Assembly: GCA_963730815.1 (NCBI GenBank)
Contig: CAVSTD010000008.1
Coordinates: forward strand, 400,693-464,692
Direction of reading: 5' to 3'
Source of the DNA: an uncultured Thermoplasmata archaeon
GTDB taxonomy: Archaea; Thermoplasmatota; Thermoplasmata; Lutacidiplasmatales; UBA184
Length of the DNA: 64,000 nucleotides
Both the position numbers and the translations under genes were made by a program. How positions within the stretch are numbered: position 1 is the first letter of the stretch; each line of letters opens with the position of its first letter. Under the pieces are notes generated by a model. It had not been told where the DNA came from. It saw only the letters and a list, made by a program, of their open reading frames with translations, and ran no database searches. This document shows positions 57,136 to 64,000 of the stretch, piece after piece.

Positions 57136-57308
57136 CGGACTGACGGGTCTCGGGAGGTGAGTACTTAACACCCACTGTTTACGGGTGTGCCCTCCACCTT
57201 ACGGCGACGCTCGGCCGAACTTTTCTATCGGGAATTCGGAGCGTTCTTTGGCTCGGCGCCGACCGCCGCCCTTAATAGACCGGCCCCATGCGCGCGCCGA
57301 GGATTCCG

Positions 57309-58442
57309 ATGGTCAAGCTTGCCGAGTGGCAAGGAAAGAATGTCTTCCGCAAATACGGTGTACCGCTCCCGCGCGGGACCATCGCCCGTTCCGCGGACGA
57401 GGCCGAGGCCGCCGTTCGGGAAGGAAAAGTCCCGCTCCCCTGCGTGATCAAGGCCCAAGTTCTGGCGGGGGGTCGCGGCAAGGGGGGTGCGGTCCGGTTC
57501 GCGAACTCCGCGGAGGAAGCCCGGTCCGCGGCCGGCGCGATACTCGCGATGGAATTCAAAGGCGAGAAGGTACGCGAGGTACTCCTCGAGGAGAAGCTCC
57601 CGATCGGTCGCGAGCTCTACCTCTCGCTCACCCTCGACCGAACCCGTCGTCTCCCTCTCCTTATCGCAAGCCCTCACGGGGGGGTCGAGATCGAATCGGT
57701 CGCCGACTCCGAGATCGACCGACAGACGGTGGATCCGTTCCCGGGGCTCACCGGCTACGAGAAGCGCCGCGTCGCCCAGGTCCTCGGGGTCTCGGGCTCC
57801 GCGGCCCGGTCGCTCGACCGTCTGCTCGATTCGCTGTGGAACGTCTTTCAGCACGAGGACGCGGAGCTCGTCGAGATCAATCCGCTCGCGGCCGTGGGCG
57901 ATGGTCTCGTCGCGCTGGACGCGAAGGTGATTATCGAGGACGATGCGGCGTTCCGTCATCCCGAGTACGCCGAGGTCCGGGACGACCGGACCGAGCTCGA
58001 AGAGATCGCCCGGGAGAAGGAGATCGCGTTCGTCCAATTGGACGGGAACATCGGGGTGATCGCCAACGGTGCGGGCCTCACGATGGCGACGCTCGACGTG
58101 CTGAAAGAGCTGGGGGGCGCTCCGGGGGTGTTCCTCGACCTGGGCGGTACGGACGACCCGAAGAAGGTCACGGAAGCATTCCTACTCATGGCGCGGGCCA
58201 AGCCGGCCTCGGTCTTCCTCAACATCTTCGGAGGAGTGACGCGGTGCGACACGGTCGCCAAGGGTCTCGTGGAGGCCATGGGCCAGGTCCCGGCCAGCGA
58301 GCGATTCCCGTTGATCGCGAGAATCCGCGGAAACAACGAGAAGGAGGGGATCGAGATCCTCCGATCGGCCGGGGTCACTTCGGTCTTCGACCTACGCGCC
58401 TCGGCTCAAGCGGCGGTGGATGCTGCTCGAGGTCGGCCATGA
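57309..58442 (+). CDS. sucC: succinyl-CoA synthetase (ADP-forming) beta subunit
   Basis: ATG 57309 (MVKLAEWQGKNVFRKYGVP). KAQVLAGGRGKGG, NIGVIANGAGLTMATLD, FLDLGG, NIFGGVTRCD. Confidence 0.95.
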   Translation: MVKLAEWQGKNVFRKYGVPLPRGTIARSADEAEAAVREGKVPLPCVIKAQVLAGGRGKGGAVRFANSAEEARSAAGAILAMEFKGEKVREVLLEEKLPIGRELYLSLTLDRTRRLPLLIASPHGGVEIESVADSEIDRQTVDPFPGLTGYEKRRVAQVLGVSGSAARSLDRLLDSLWNVFQHEDAELVEINPLAAVGDGLVALDAKVIIEDDAAFRHPEYAEVRDDRTELEEIAREKEIAFVQLDGNIGVIANGAGLTMATLDVLKELGGAPGVFLDLGGTDDPKKVTEAFLLMARAKPASVFLNIFGGVTRCDTVAKGLVEAMGQVPASERFPLIARIRGNNEKEGIEILRSAGVTSVFDLRASAQAAVDAARGRP

Positions 58443-59320
58443 GCGTTCTCGTCGACCGGGAGACCCGCGTGGTCGTCCAGGGGATCACGGGCCACCAGGG
58501 CACGGTCCACTCGCGGCAAATGCGGCAGTTCGGCACGTCGGTGGTCGCCGGCGTCACCCCCGGGAAGTTCGGAACGGACGTCGAGGGGGTCCCCGTCTAC
58601 AACGCGGTCCGGGACGCCGTCGAGGCCACTCGCGCGAACGCGTCCTGCATCTTTGTCCCGGCACCGTACGCCAAGGATGCCCTGCTCGAGGCCGTGGACG
58701 CGGGCATCCGTCTGTGTGTGATCGTCACCGAGCACATTCCGTTCCACGACATGTTGGTGATGTACCATTACGCCAAGTCGAAAGGGACTCGGATCATCGG
58801 CCCGAACTGTCCGGGCATCGCCTCGCCAGGGAAATCTAAGGTTGGCATCATCCCGAACGTCGTGTTCCAGCCGGGGCGGATCGGAGTCATCTCCCGAAGC
58901 GGAACGCTGACCTACGAGATCGTGAACGGGATCAAGGAGGTCGGACTCGGCCAGTCGACGTGCATCGGCCTCGGGGGAGACCCCGTGGTCGGAACGTCGT
59001 TCGTCGATGCCCTGCCGCTCTTCGAGGCCGACCCCGAGACGGACGCGCTCGTGATGGTCGGAGAGATCGGCGGGACCGCGGAGGAGGATGGGGCCGAGTA
59101 CATCCGCCATCACTTCACCAAACCCGTCGTGGCCTACATCGCCGGCCGGAGCGCTCCGCCGGGAAAGCGGATGGGGCACGCCGGGGCCATCATCACGCGC
59201 GGCAAGGGAACGGCGGAGACGAAGGTCGCCGCCCTGGAAGCCGCCGGAGCCAAGGTGGCTCGATTCCCGTACGAGATTCCCGGAATGGTCGCCGAGGCCG
59301 CACGGAAGGCCCAACGATGA
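58439..59320 (+). CDS. sucD: succinyl-CoA synthetase alpha subunit
   Basis: C-terminal 293 aa of ORF 57185..59320. [38 protein letters not shown] overlap with sucC. Confidence 0.95.
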   Translation: MSVLVDRETRVVVQGITGHQGTVHSRQMRQFGTSVVAGVTPGKFGTDVEGVPVYNAVRDAVEATRANASCIFVPAPYAKDALLEAVDAGIRLCVIVTEHIPFHDMLVMYHYAKSKGTRIIGPNCPGIASPGKSKVGIIPNVVFQPGRIGVISRSGTLTYEIVNGIKEVGLGQSTCIGLGGDPVVGTSFVDALPLFEADPETDALVMVGEIGGTAEEDGAEYIRHHFTKPVVAYIAGRSAPPGKRMGHAGAIITRGKGTAETKVAALEAAGAKVARFPYEIPGMVAEAARKAQR

Positions 59321-59541
59321 CGCCCGATGCTCCCCGCCCTCGCGAGCCCGAAGAAGAGGAGCCGTGCCTGGTCCCCGGCTGCGGCGCACCCTCCGCCCGG
59401 CGTCTTTCGCTCACCGAGGCGAAGAAGGCCTTCCCGGGCCTCCCGGACCGCGGGCGTCGCGCCCCGCTCTGCCGAGACCATTATCGAGAGTGGAAGAAGG
59501 CGACCAAGAAATCGCGCGAACTCGAACGCGCCACTTGGTGA
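59317..59541 (+). CDS. small Cys/His protein translationally coupled to sucD (function unknown)
   Basis: ATG 59317 overlaps the sucD stop (ATGA). [30 protein letters not shown]...APLCRDHYREWKKATKKSRELERATW (C-x4-C ... C-x2-H). Confidence 0.5.
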   Translation: MTPDAPRPREPEEEEPCLVPGCGAPSARRLSLTEAKKAFPGLPDRGRRAPLCRDHYREWKKATKKSRELERATW

Positions 59542-59580
59542 GGGCAGGAAGGGGTTCCGTCCCGATTGCTCGGGACCGGC

Positions 59581-59688
59581 CTACTGCTTGCGCATCTTCT
59601 GGGCTCTCATGCGGCGGCGCATCCGCTTCTTGCGCCACTTCCAGCGCATGTGGCCGCGTTTCTTCCAAACGCGCGAAGAACGTTTCAT
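59581..59688 (-). CDS. rpl41e: 50S ribosomal protein L41e
   Basis: 35-aa reverse ORF below the track cutoff: MKRSSRVWKKRGHMRWKWRKKRMRRRMRAQKMRKQ. Matches the archaeal/eukaryotic eL41 pattern (..RWKWxKKRxRRLKR..). Confidence 0.8.
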   Translation of the reverse strand: MKRSSRVWKKRGHMRWKWRKKRMRRRMRAQKMRKQ

Positions 59689-59764
59689 TCCCTCTCAGTC
59701 CGGACGCGCCGCGGTACGGGCGACCGTTTATTAGGGTTGCCAACGGCGAGCGGCTGCCGCCGGC

Positions 59765-60286
59765 GTGCCGGAGGCGTCCGAACCGAGCTTCCGGGGACGC
59801 TCACCGGCCGGCGGGGGTGCCTTGGACCCCTTTGCCCAGCGTTATCTGGCGGGGGAGGGTCGGCCGTGCGTGCTCGACCTCAGCGACCTCGAGATCAACG
59901 TCCTCGAGTTCCGGCAGCGTTCCTTCCAGTTCGAGCGGATGATCGACGTCGGGGGGAACGAACATGCGGTTTTCTCGCGCACGGAGACGGAGAGCGAAAG
60001 CCAGTTCCGCCCTCGGCTCGTCCACCTTCGCCTCGTGGTCCCGCGGGGCTGGGTGGTGTACGACGAACCCAACGATGTCCTCCTGCTGGCGCGGGACGGG
60101 GCCACCGTCCCCGTCCGCCTCACCGAACCGGTGACCGAGGTGCGCGCCGAGCGCTCCGAGTTCAAGGAACAGGGGATCGACTGGCGCCGCGCCGAGGGAC
60201 CCGAAGGGTTCCTCGTCTACGCCCCGGCGGAGTTCGCCGAGGAGCTTCTGTCGCCCGCCGGCCTCGCTCGACTCGCCGACTCCTGA
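59765..60286 (+). CDS. hypothetical protein
   Basis: ORF 59765..60286 (GTG start). No recognisable motif; coding-like composition. Confidence 0.4.
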   Translation: MPEASEPSFRGRSPAGGGALDPFAQRYLAGEGRPCVLDLSDLEINVLEFRQRSFQFERMIDVGGNEHAVFSRTETESESQFRPRLVHLRLVVPRGWVVYDEPNDVLLLARDGATVPVRLTEPVTEVRAERSEFKEQGIDWRRAEGPEGFLVYAPAEFAEELLSPAGLARLADS

Positions 60287-60302
60287 ACGAGTCGGTCCGT
60301 GT

Positions 60303-61043
60303 CTACGAGGACGAGTTCTTCAGCGCTCGGTCCACAAGCGCGGCGAGCAGCCCGCCGAGAATCGGGGCGACCCAGAAGACCCAATCTTGGCCGATCGCCC
60401 AGTTTCCGTTCGACCACATCGACGAAAGGACTGCCGGAGCGAAGCTGCGGGCGGGGTTGATCGAGGCCCCGTCGATCGGGATGGCCACGAGGTTCGCCAT
60501 CAGCAGCGTGAGTCCGATCCCGATGGGAGCGAGGTTCTTCGCCGAGCTCGAGCTTCGGGTTGAGAAGAGGATCGCGACGACGAGCAGGAACGTGAACGCG
60601 ACCTCGATCAAGAAGACCGCGCCCAAACCGAATCCCGCGCACGCGGTCGAGCCCGCGGAATAGCACTGGGAACCCAGCGCCGCCGTCTGAGCGGTGGGGA
60701 AGAATGTGGAATTGCCGTAGGCGATCCCCGCAATGACGCCCATGGCCACGACGCCCCCGGCGACCTGGGCGAGGATGTAGGGTAGGACATCGCGCGCCGA
60801 CATCCTTCCGGAGACCCACGCGGCAACCGTCACGGCGGGGTTGAAGTGACCGCCGGAAATGTCGCCGAAGGCGTAGATGAGACCAATGAGCCCGAAGCCG
60901 ACCGAGAGACTGATCACGGTCACCCGGACGAGCGGGTCGAAGTCTTCCAAGAGAGTGAACACAGCCGCGCCGCCGACCGCGAGCAGGAGACCGAACGTTC
61001 CGACGAACTCGGCGAGGTATTTCTGCCCCGAACTGTACGTCAT
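60303..61043 (-). CDS. aqpM: aquaporin (MIP family)
   Basis: Two NPA boxes (GGHFNPAVT, ASINPARS) and six TM segments. Confidence 0.9.
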   Translation of the reverse strand: MTYSSGQKYLAEFVGTFGLLLAVGGAAVFTLLEDFDPLVRVTVISLSVGFGLIGLIYAFGDISGGHFNPAVTVAAWVSGRMSARDVLPYILAQVAGGVVAMGVIAGIAYGNSTFFPTAQTAALGSQCYSAGSTACAGFGLGAVFLIEVAFTFLLVVAILFSTRSSSSAKNLAPIGIGLTLLMANLVAIPIDGASINPARSFAPAVLSSMWSNGNWAIGQDWVFWVAPILGGLLAALVDRALKNSSS

Positions 61044-61110
61044 CGGCCCGCGACCCGCCCGTCCCCTCTAAAAACTATCGGCGCAGCGGTGCCAACGGCT
61101 CCGGTGTCCC

Positions 61111-62253
61111 CTAAAGGACCCCCATCTCGGTCAACTTCTCCGGCAGGTAGTGCTCGGTCACGTAGTTGAGACCGTACTTGGCGAGCGACTGCTGTTCCGC
61201 CTTCTTCCCGTTCTTGAGCATCAGCTCGATCTCCGCGCGCCACTCGGCGGTCCCGAACCTCGGGTCCGTCAGCTCGGCCTGGAGGGCGCGGATGTCCTGC
61301 TCGGAGAGCTTGTCGGAGGGAAGGTCGTAGTTCTCGATATCCGACGCCGTGACTCCGAGGAACTCCGCGGAGGGCGTGGCGAGGTAGTTCGAGAGGTGCG
61401 CGGTCTTGATCGCCCCGTAGGCGACCGACGCAAAGATGCGGAACGACCAGGGGTCGCCGTCGGTGAAGACGACCACGGGGAGCTTGAGCTCCTCGGAGGC
61501 CCGTCGTAGAAATCGCCGGGTCGAACGTGCGGGCTGTCCCTTGAGGTGCAGCAGAATCGCGTCGTGCTGCTCGTCAAAGCCGTTCTCGGCGAGACGGTCG
61601 ACCATTCCGCCGCACTCGATCGCGATCAGGAACTTCGCGTTCGTGCTGACGAATTCGATCTTCTCCTTCTCGACGTTGAACGGGAGGGAGTAGCCTCCGT
61701 CACCGACATCGTCCCGGCAGTTGATCTTCTTGACGACCCCTTTCCGATTCCGCTCCTTGATCGTGAGGTCTCCGATGACCGATGCACCGTTCTCCTCGGG
61801 GTGGAGGCGGAAGTCCTCGCGCAGCCGCTCGCACATCACCTCGAGGTCCTCGATCAGAAGGTTCGACTCGTCCTCTCCGTGGAACTTCGCGTCTTCCCAC
61901 GCCTCGCTGATGTAGTAGAGCTCCCGCAGGGTCGACGTCTTTCCGTCGCGGGCCATCTCGTTGATGAAATCGACGAGATAGAACGTCCGCAGCAGCATGA
62001 GCGCCCCGTCGAGCTTGCGCGCGCTGCGCGTGCCCATCGCGCGGCCGAGCTTCCAGACGCCCTCCCTCGGCTGGAACATGATGTTCTGCTTCGTGCGCAG
62101 CGGAAGGCGCATCCGCGGGATTTCCCCCCGGTCCAGCTGCTCGTAGATCTGCTCGGCGAGACCCACGGTGGGCTGGAGCGCGTCCGCGCGGACCTTCACG
62201 GCCGGCTCTTCGTCACTCTTCTTCGCTGGCGTGCGCGCTCGCTTCGGCGGCAT
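61111..62253 (-). CDS. top6A: DNA topoisomerase VI subunit A (Spo11-like)
   Basis: TLRELYYISE (catalytic Tyr region), Toprim VVFTDGDPWSFRI. The start overlaps the top6B end by 41 nt. Confidence 0.95.
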   Translation of the reverse strand: MPPKRARTPAKKSDEEPAVKVRADALQPTVGLAEQIYEQLDRGEIPRMRLPLRTKQNIMFQPREGVWKLGRAMGTRSARKLDGALMLLRTFYLVDFINEMARDGKTSTLRELYYISEAWEDAKFHGEDESNLLIEDLEVMCERLREDFRLHPEENGASVIGDLTIKERNRKGVVKKINCRDDVGDGGYSLPFNVEKEKIEFVSTNAKFLIAIECGGMVDRLAENGFDEQHDAILLHLKGQPARSTRRFLRRASEELKLPVVVFTDGDPWSFRIFASVAYGAIKTAHLSNYLATPSAEFLGVTASDIENYDLPSDKLSEQDIRALQAELTDPRFGTAEWRAEIELMLKNGKKAEQQSLAKYGLNYVTEHYLPEKLTEMGVL

Positions 62254-64000
62254 CGTAATCTACCTCCTCTTCGGCGCTGGTCCCGTTCGCGGCGGCGTCC
62301 GCGGCCGCGGCTTCGGCGGCCTCGACGATCGTCCGGGGAAGACGGACCTCCCAGTCGCCCGGGAGCGGCTCGGCCCCGAGGATATGGGATTCGTCGATCC
62401 CGGCCACGTACCAATCAAGGTCGCTCGCGTCCACGTCGGTTTTGGCAGGGAATGTAACGGTCAGGTTGGTCCTTCCGTTCGGTGCCAGCTTGGGGAGGGT
62501 CCACCAAGCTCGTCCCAACGGGCCATCGACTCCGTCGGGAACGGGGTCGAAAGAGGCGACCGGGAAGACGTCCGGCGGGATCTCGACGAACAGTTCGAGC
62601 ACTCGCGGCCGCGGGGTGTAGTTCGTCACCTCCATCTTCGCGCGGACGCCGTTTGCGTCGGACTCGAGGGGGGACTCGACGTTGACGATGTCCATGATGC
62701 GGGTGATCACGGGGGTGAGGTCGGGGATCGCCTTGCCCACGAGGTGGCTCGTCTTTTCGGCTAGTTTCGGTAAGATCCGCTGGATGATCGCGAATTTTTC
62801 ACTCGCGAAGTCCCGGCGGCTCTTTCGCGAGAGGTGAGTTCGAAGGTGACGGGCCGCCGCCTGAAGGGCGAGCGTCAGCTCCTTGTCGATCTCGGGGTCC
62901 TCGGCGACCGCCTCCTTGGCTTCGCTCGTGAACGGTACCTTGGTGGAGGCCACGTGGACCAGGATGAGCGCGGGCCCGGAAGGCACCCCCGACCCGCCCT
63001 TCTGCTCGAGCCCGTACCGTCGCCAATCCAGGTTGGCGATCGCGTTCGTGATCGCGCAGGCCCCTTGCTGGAACAGCAGCGGGACGCGGTTGGCAAAGCG
63101 GAGGATCTGGACCGGTTGGTCGGCCGGAAGGCCACCACCATAGACGAGGCCCACCTCGACCATGAAGGGGAACCCGCCATGTACCTTCGGCGGACGGCTC
63201 ACGGGCGGGCAGTAGAACTCGGGACGGAGCTCTCCGAGGACGTTCCGCAGGCCTCGCTTGATGAGCATCGAGCCGATCGGGGAAAGACCCTCGGGGGAGG
63301 GAGCGATGAGCGGCGCCGCGTGAAGGGCGCGCAGGAGTCGGTCCTGGCCGTCACCGGCCACCGAGCTTGGAGACGCGCTCGCTTTGAGTCCTGCTGAGGC
63401 CAGCAGCTCTCTCGACGCACGGGCGCTGACTCCCTGCAGGTCTTTGGATAGGAAATCCGAGAGGCTCGACCGCTTGGAGGCCTTCAGTAGATACCCCAGC
63501 TCCCCGAGCTCGAGCCCGTAGGGGTGGGGCAGGGTCTCCTGGGCGATCGGGGGAAGGTCGGTGCTCGCGCGTTCGAACGTCACGCGGGTCCCGTCGACCT
63601 CGACGAGAGCGATGCGAGCGTGGGGGTTGACGATCGCCGTCCCGCGAAGATACTCGTACGGGGACTGCCGGCCGCGGACGTAGCGCGCCTTCAGCACGAG
63701 CTCCACTCGGGTGCCGTGCTCCGAGTCCCAGAGCGTGACGTCTTCCGAAACGATGCGAGGCTGATTCTTCTGGGTGTCGATCACGACCTCGAGGACGTGC
63801 GCGGCCTCCTCTTCCTCTACCTTCGAGGTGATCCGCGCGGGCCGGGCCGTCGTCAGGTTGGCGTAGAGCACTGCCGCGGAGATCCCAATCCCCTGCTGGC
63901 CTCGCGCCTGGCGGTTCGAGTGAAATCGGGATCCATACAGGAGCCGGGCGAAAACGTTCGGGATCTCCCGGCGGAGGATTCCGGGCCCGTTGTCGGTAAC
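62213..64000 (-). CDS. top6B: DNA topoisomerase VI subunit B (5' end truncated by window edge)
   Basis: The frame stays open to the window end: VTDNGPGI...ARGQQGIGISAAVLYANL (GHKL/Bergerat ATP-binding motifs), followed by the H2TH and transducer regions of ORF 62213..63871. Confidence 0.95.
   Translation of the reverse strand, partial: VTDNGPGILRREIPNVFARLLYGSRFHSNRQARGQQGIGISAAVLYANLTTARPARITSKVEEEEAAHVLEVVIDTQKNQPRIVSEDVTLWDSEHGTRVELVLKARYVRGRQSPYEYLRGTAIVNPHARIALVEVDGTRVTFERASTDLPPIAQETLPHPYGLELGELGYLLKASKRSSLSDFLSKDLQGVSARASRELLASAGLKASASPSSVAGDGQDRLLRALHAAPLIAPSPEGLSPIGSMLIKRGLRNVLGELRPEFYCPPVSRPPKVHGGFPFMVEVGLVYGGGLPADQPVQILRFANRVPLLFQQGACAITNAIANLDWRRYGLEQKGGSGVPSGPALILVHVASTKVPFTSEAKEAVAEDPEIDKELTLALQAAARHLRTHLSRKSRRDFASEKFAIIQRILPKLAEKTSHLVGKAIPDLTPVITRIMDIVNVESPLESDANGVRAKMEVTNYTPRPRVLELFVEIPPDVFPVASFDPVPDGVDGPLGRAWWTLPKLAPNGRTNLTVTFPAKTDVDASDLDWYVAGIDESHILGAEPLPGDWEVRLPRTIVEAAEAAAADAAANGTSAEEEVDYDAAEASAHASEEE

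Noticed and set aside
57185-58438. N-terminal ~418 aa of the 711-aa ORF 57185..59320
   Set aside because: Arg/Gly-rich shadow over sucC. Only the segment from ATG 58439 is SucD.

Overview
GC-rich (about two-thirds G+C by eye) archaeal chromosomal segment. Archaeal hallmarks: topoisomerase VI A/B, aEF-1beta, ribosomal protein L41e, LSm, TiaS, AglB/STT3, CTP-dependent riboflavin kinase, a RaSEA-type radical SAM enzyme and a bulge-helix-bulge tRNA intron. I cannot assign a lineage. The proteins are not acidic, so it is probably not a haloarchaeon. About 65 protein genes are supportable: central metabolism (citrate synthase, 2-oxoacid:ferredoxin oxidoreductase, succinyl-CoA synthetase), a tightly overlapping leuA/C/D/B-like plus thiolase/DUF35 operon, cofactor genes (ribK, nadE, coaBC), information processing (dnaK, hisS, tiaS, top6AB, ef1b, L41e, LSm), many small zinc-ribbon or membrane proteins, and two transposase genes (IS110 family; SWIM + DDE). 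One RNA gene is clear: tRNA-His(GTG), carrying a 32-nt intron in the T-loop with a textbook hBHBh' motif. Most interesting items: (1) a giant AglB oligosaccharyltransferase (~2,200 aa if one frame break is repaired) fused to a sequon-dense array of Ig-like repeats and translationally coupled to a sequon-rich secreted protein; (2) a ~9-kb visibly lower-GC island (about 7.7-16.8 kb) holding a YVTN/PKD surface protein, a tandem-module regulator, a tailspike-like beta-helix protein without signal peptide, an AbrB regulator and a SWIM-DDE transposase; (3) the T-loop tRNA intron; (4) an IS110 element with room for a bridge RNA; (5) two PhoU-domain paralogs bracketing a membrane protein with no pst genes nearby. 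Caveat: at least eight conserved genes are broken by single-nucleotide frame shifts, most (not all) at short homopolymer runs. I read these as more likely sequencing or assembly errors than biology. No CRISPR array or rRNA was seen. Many long ORFs in the track are GC-driven shadow frames.
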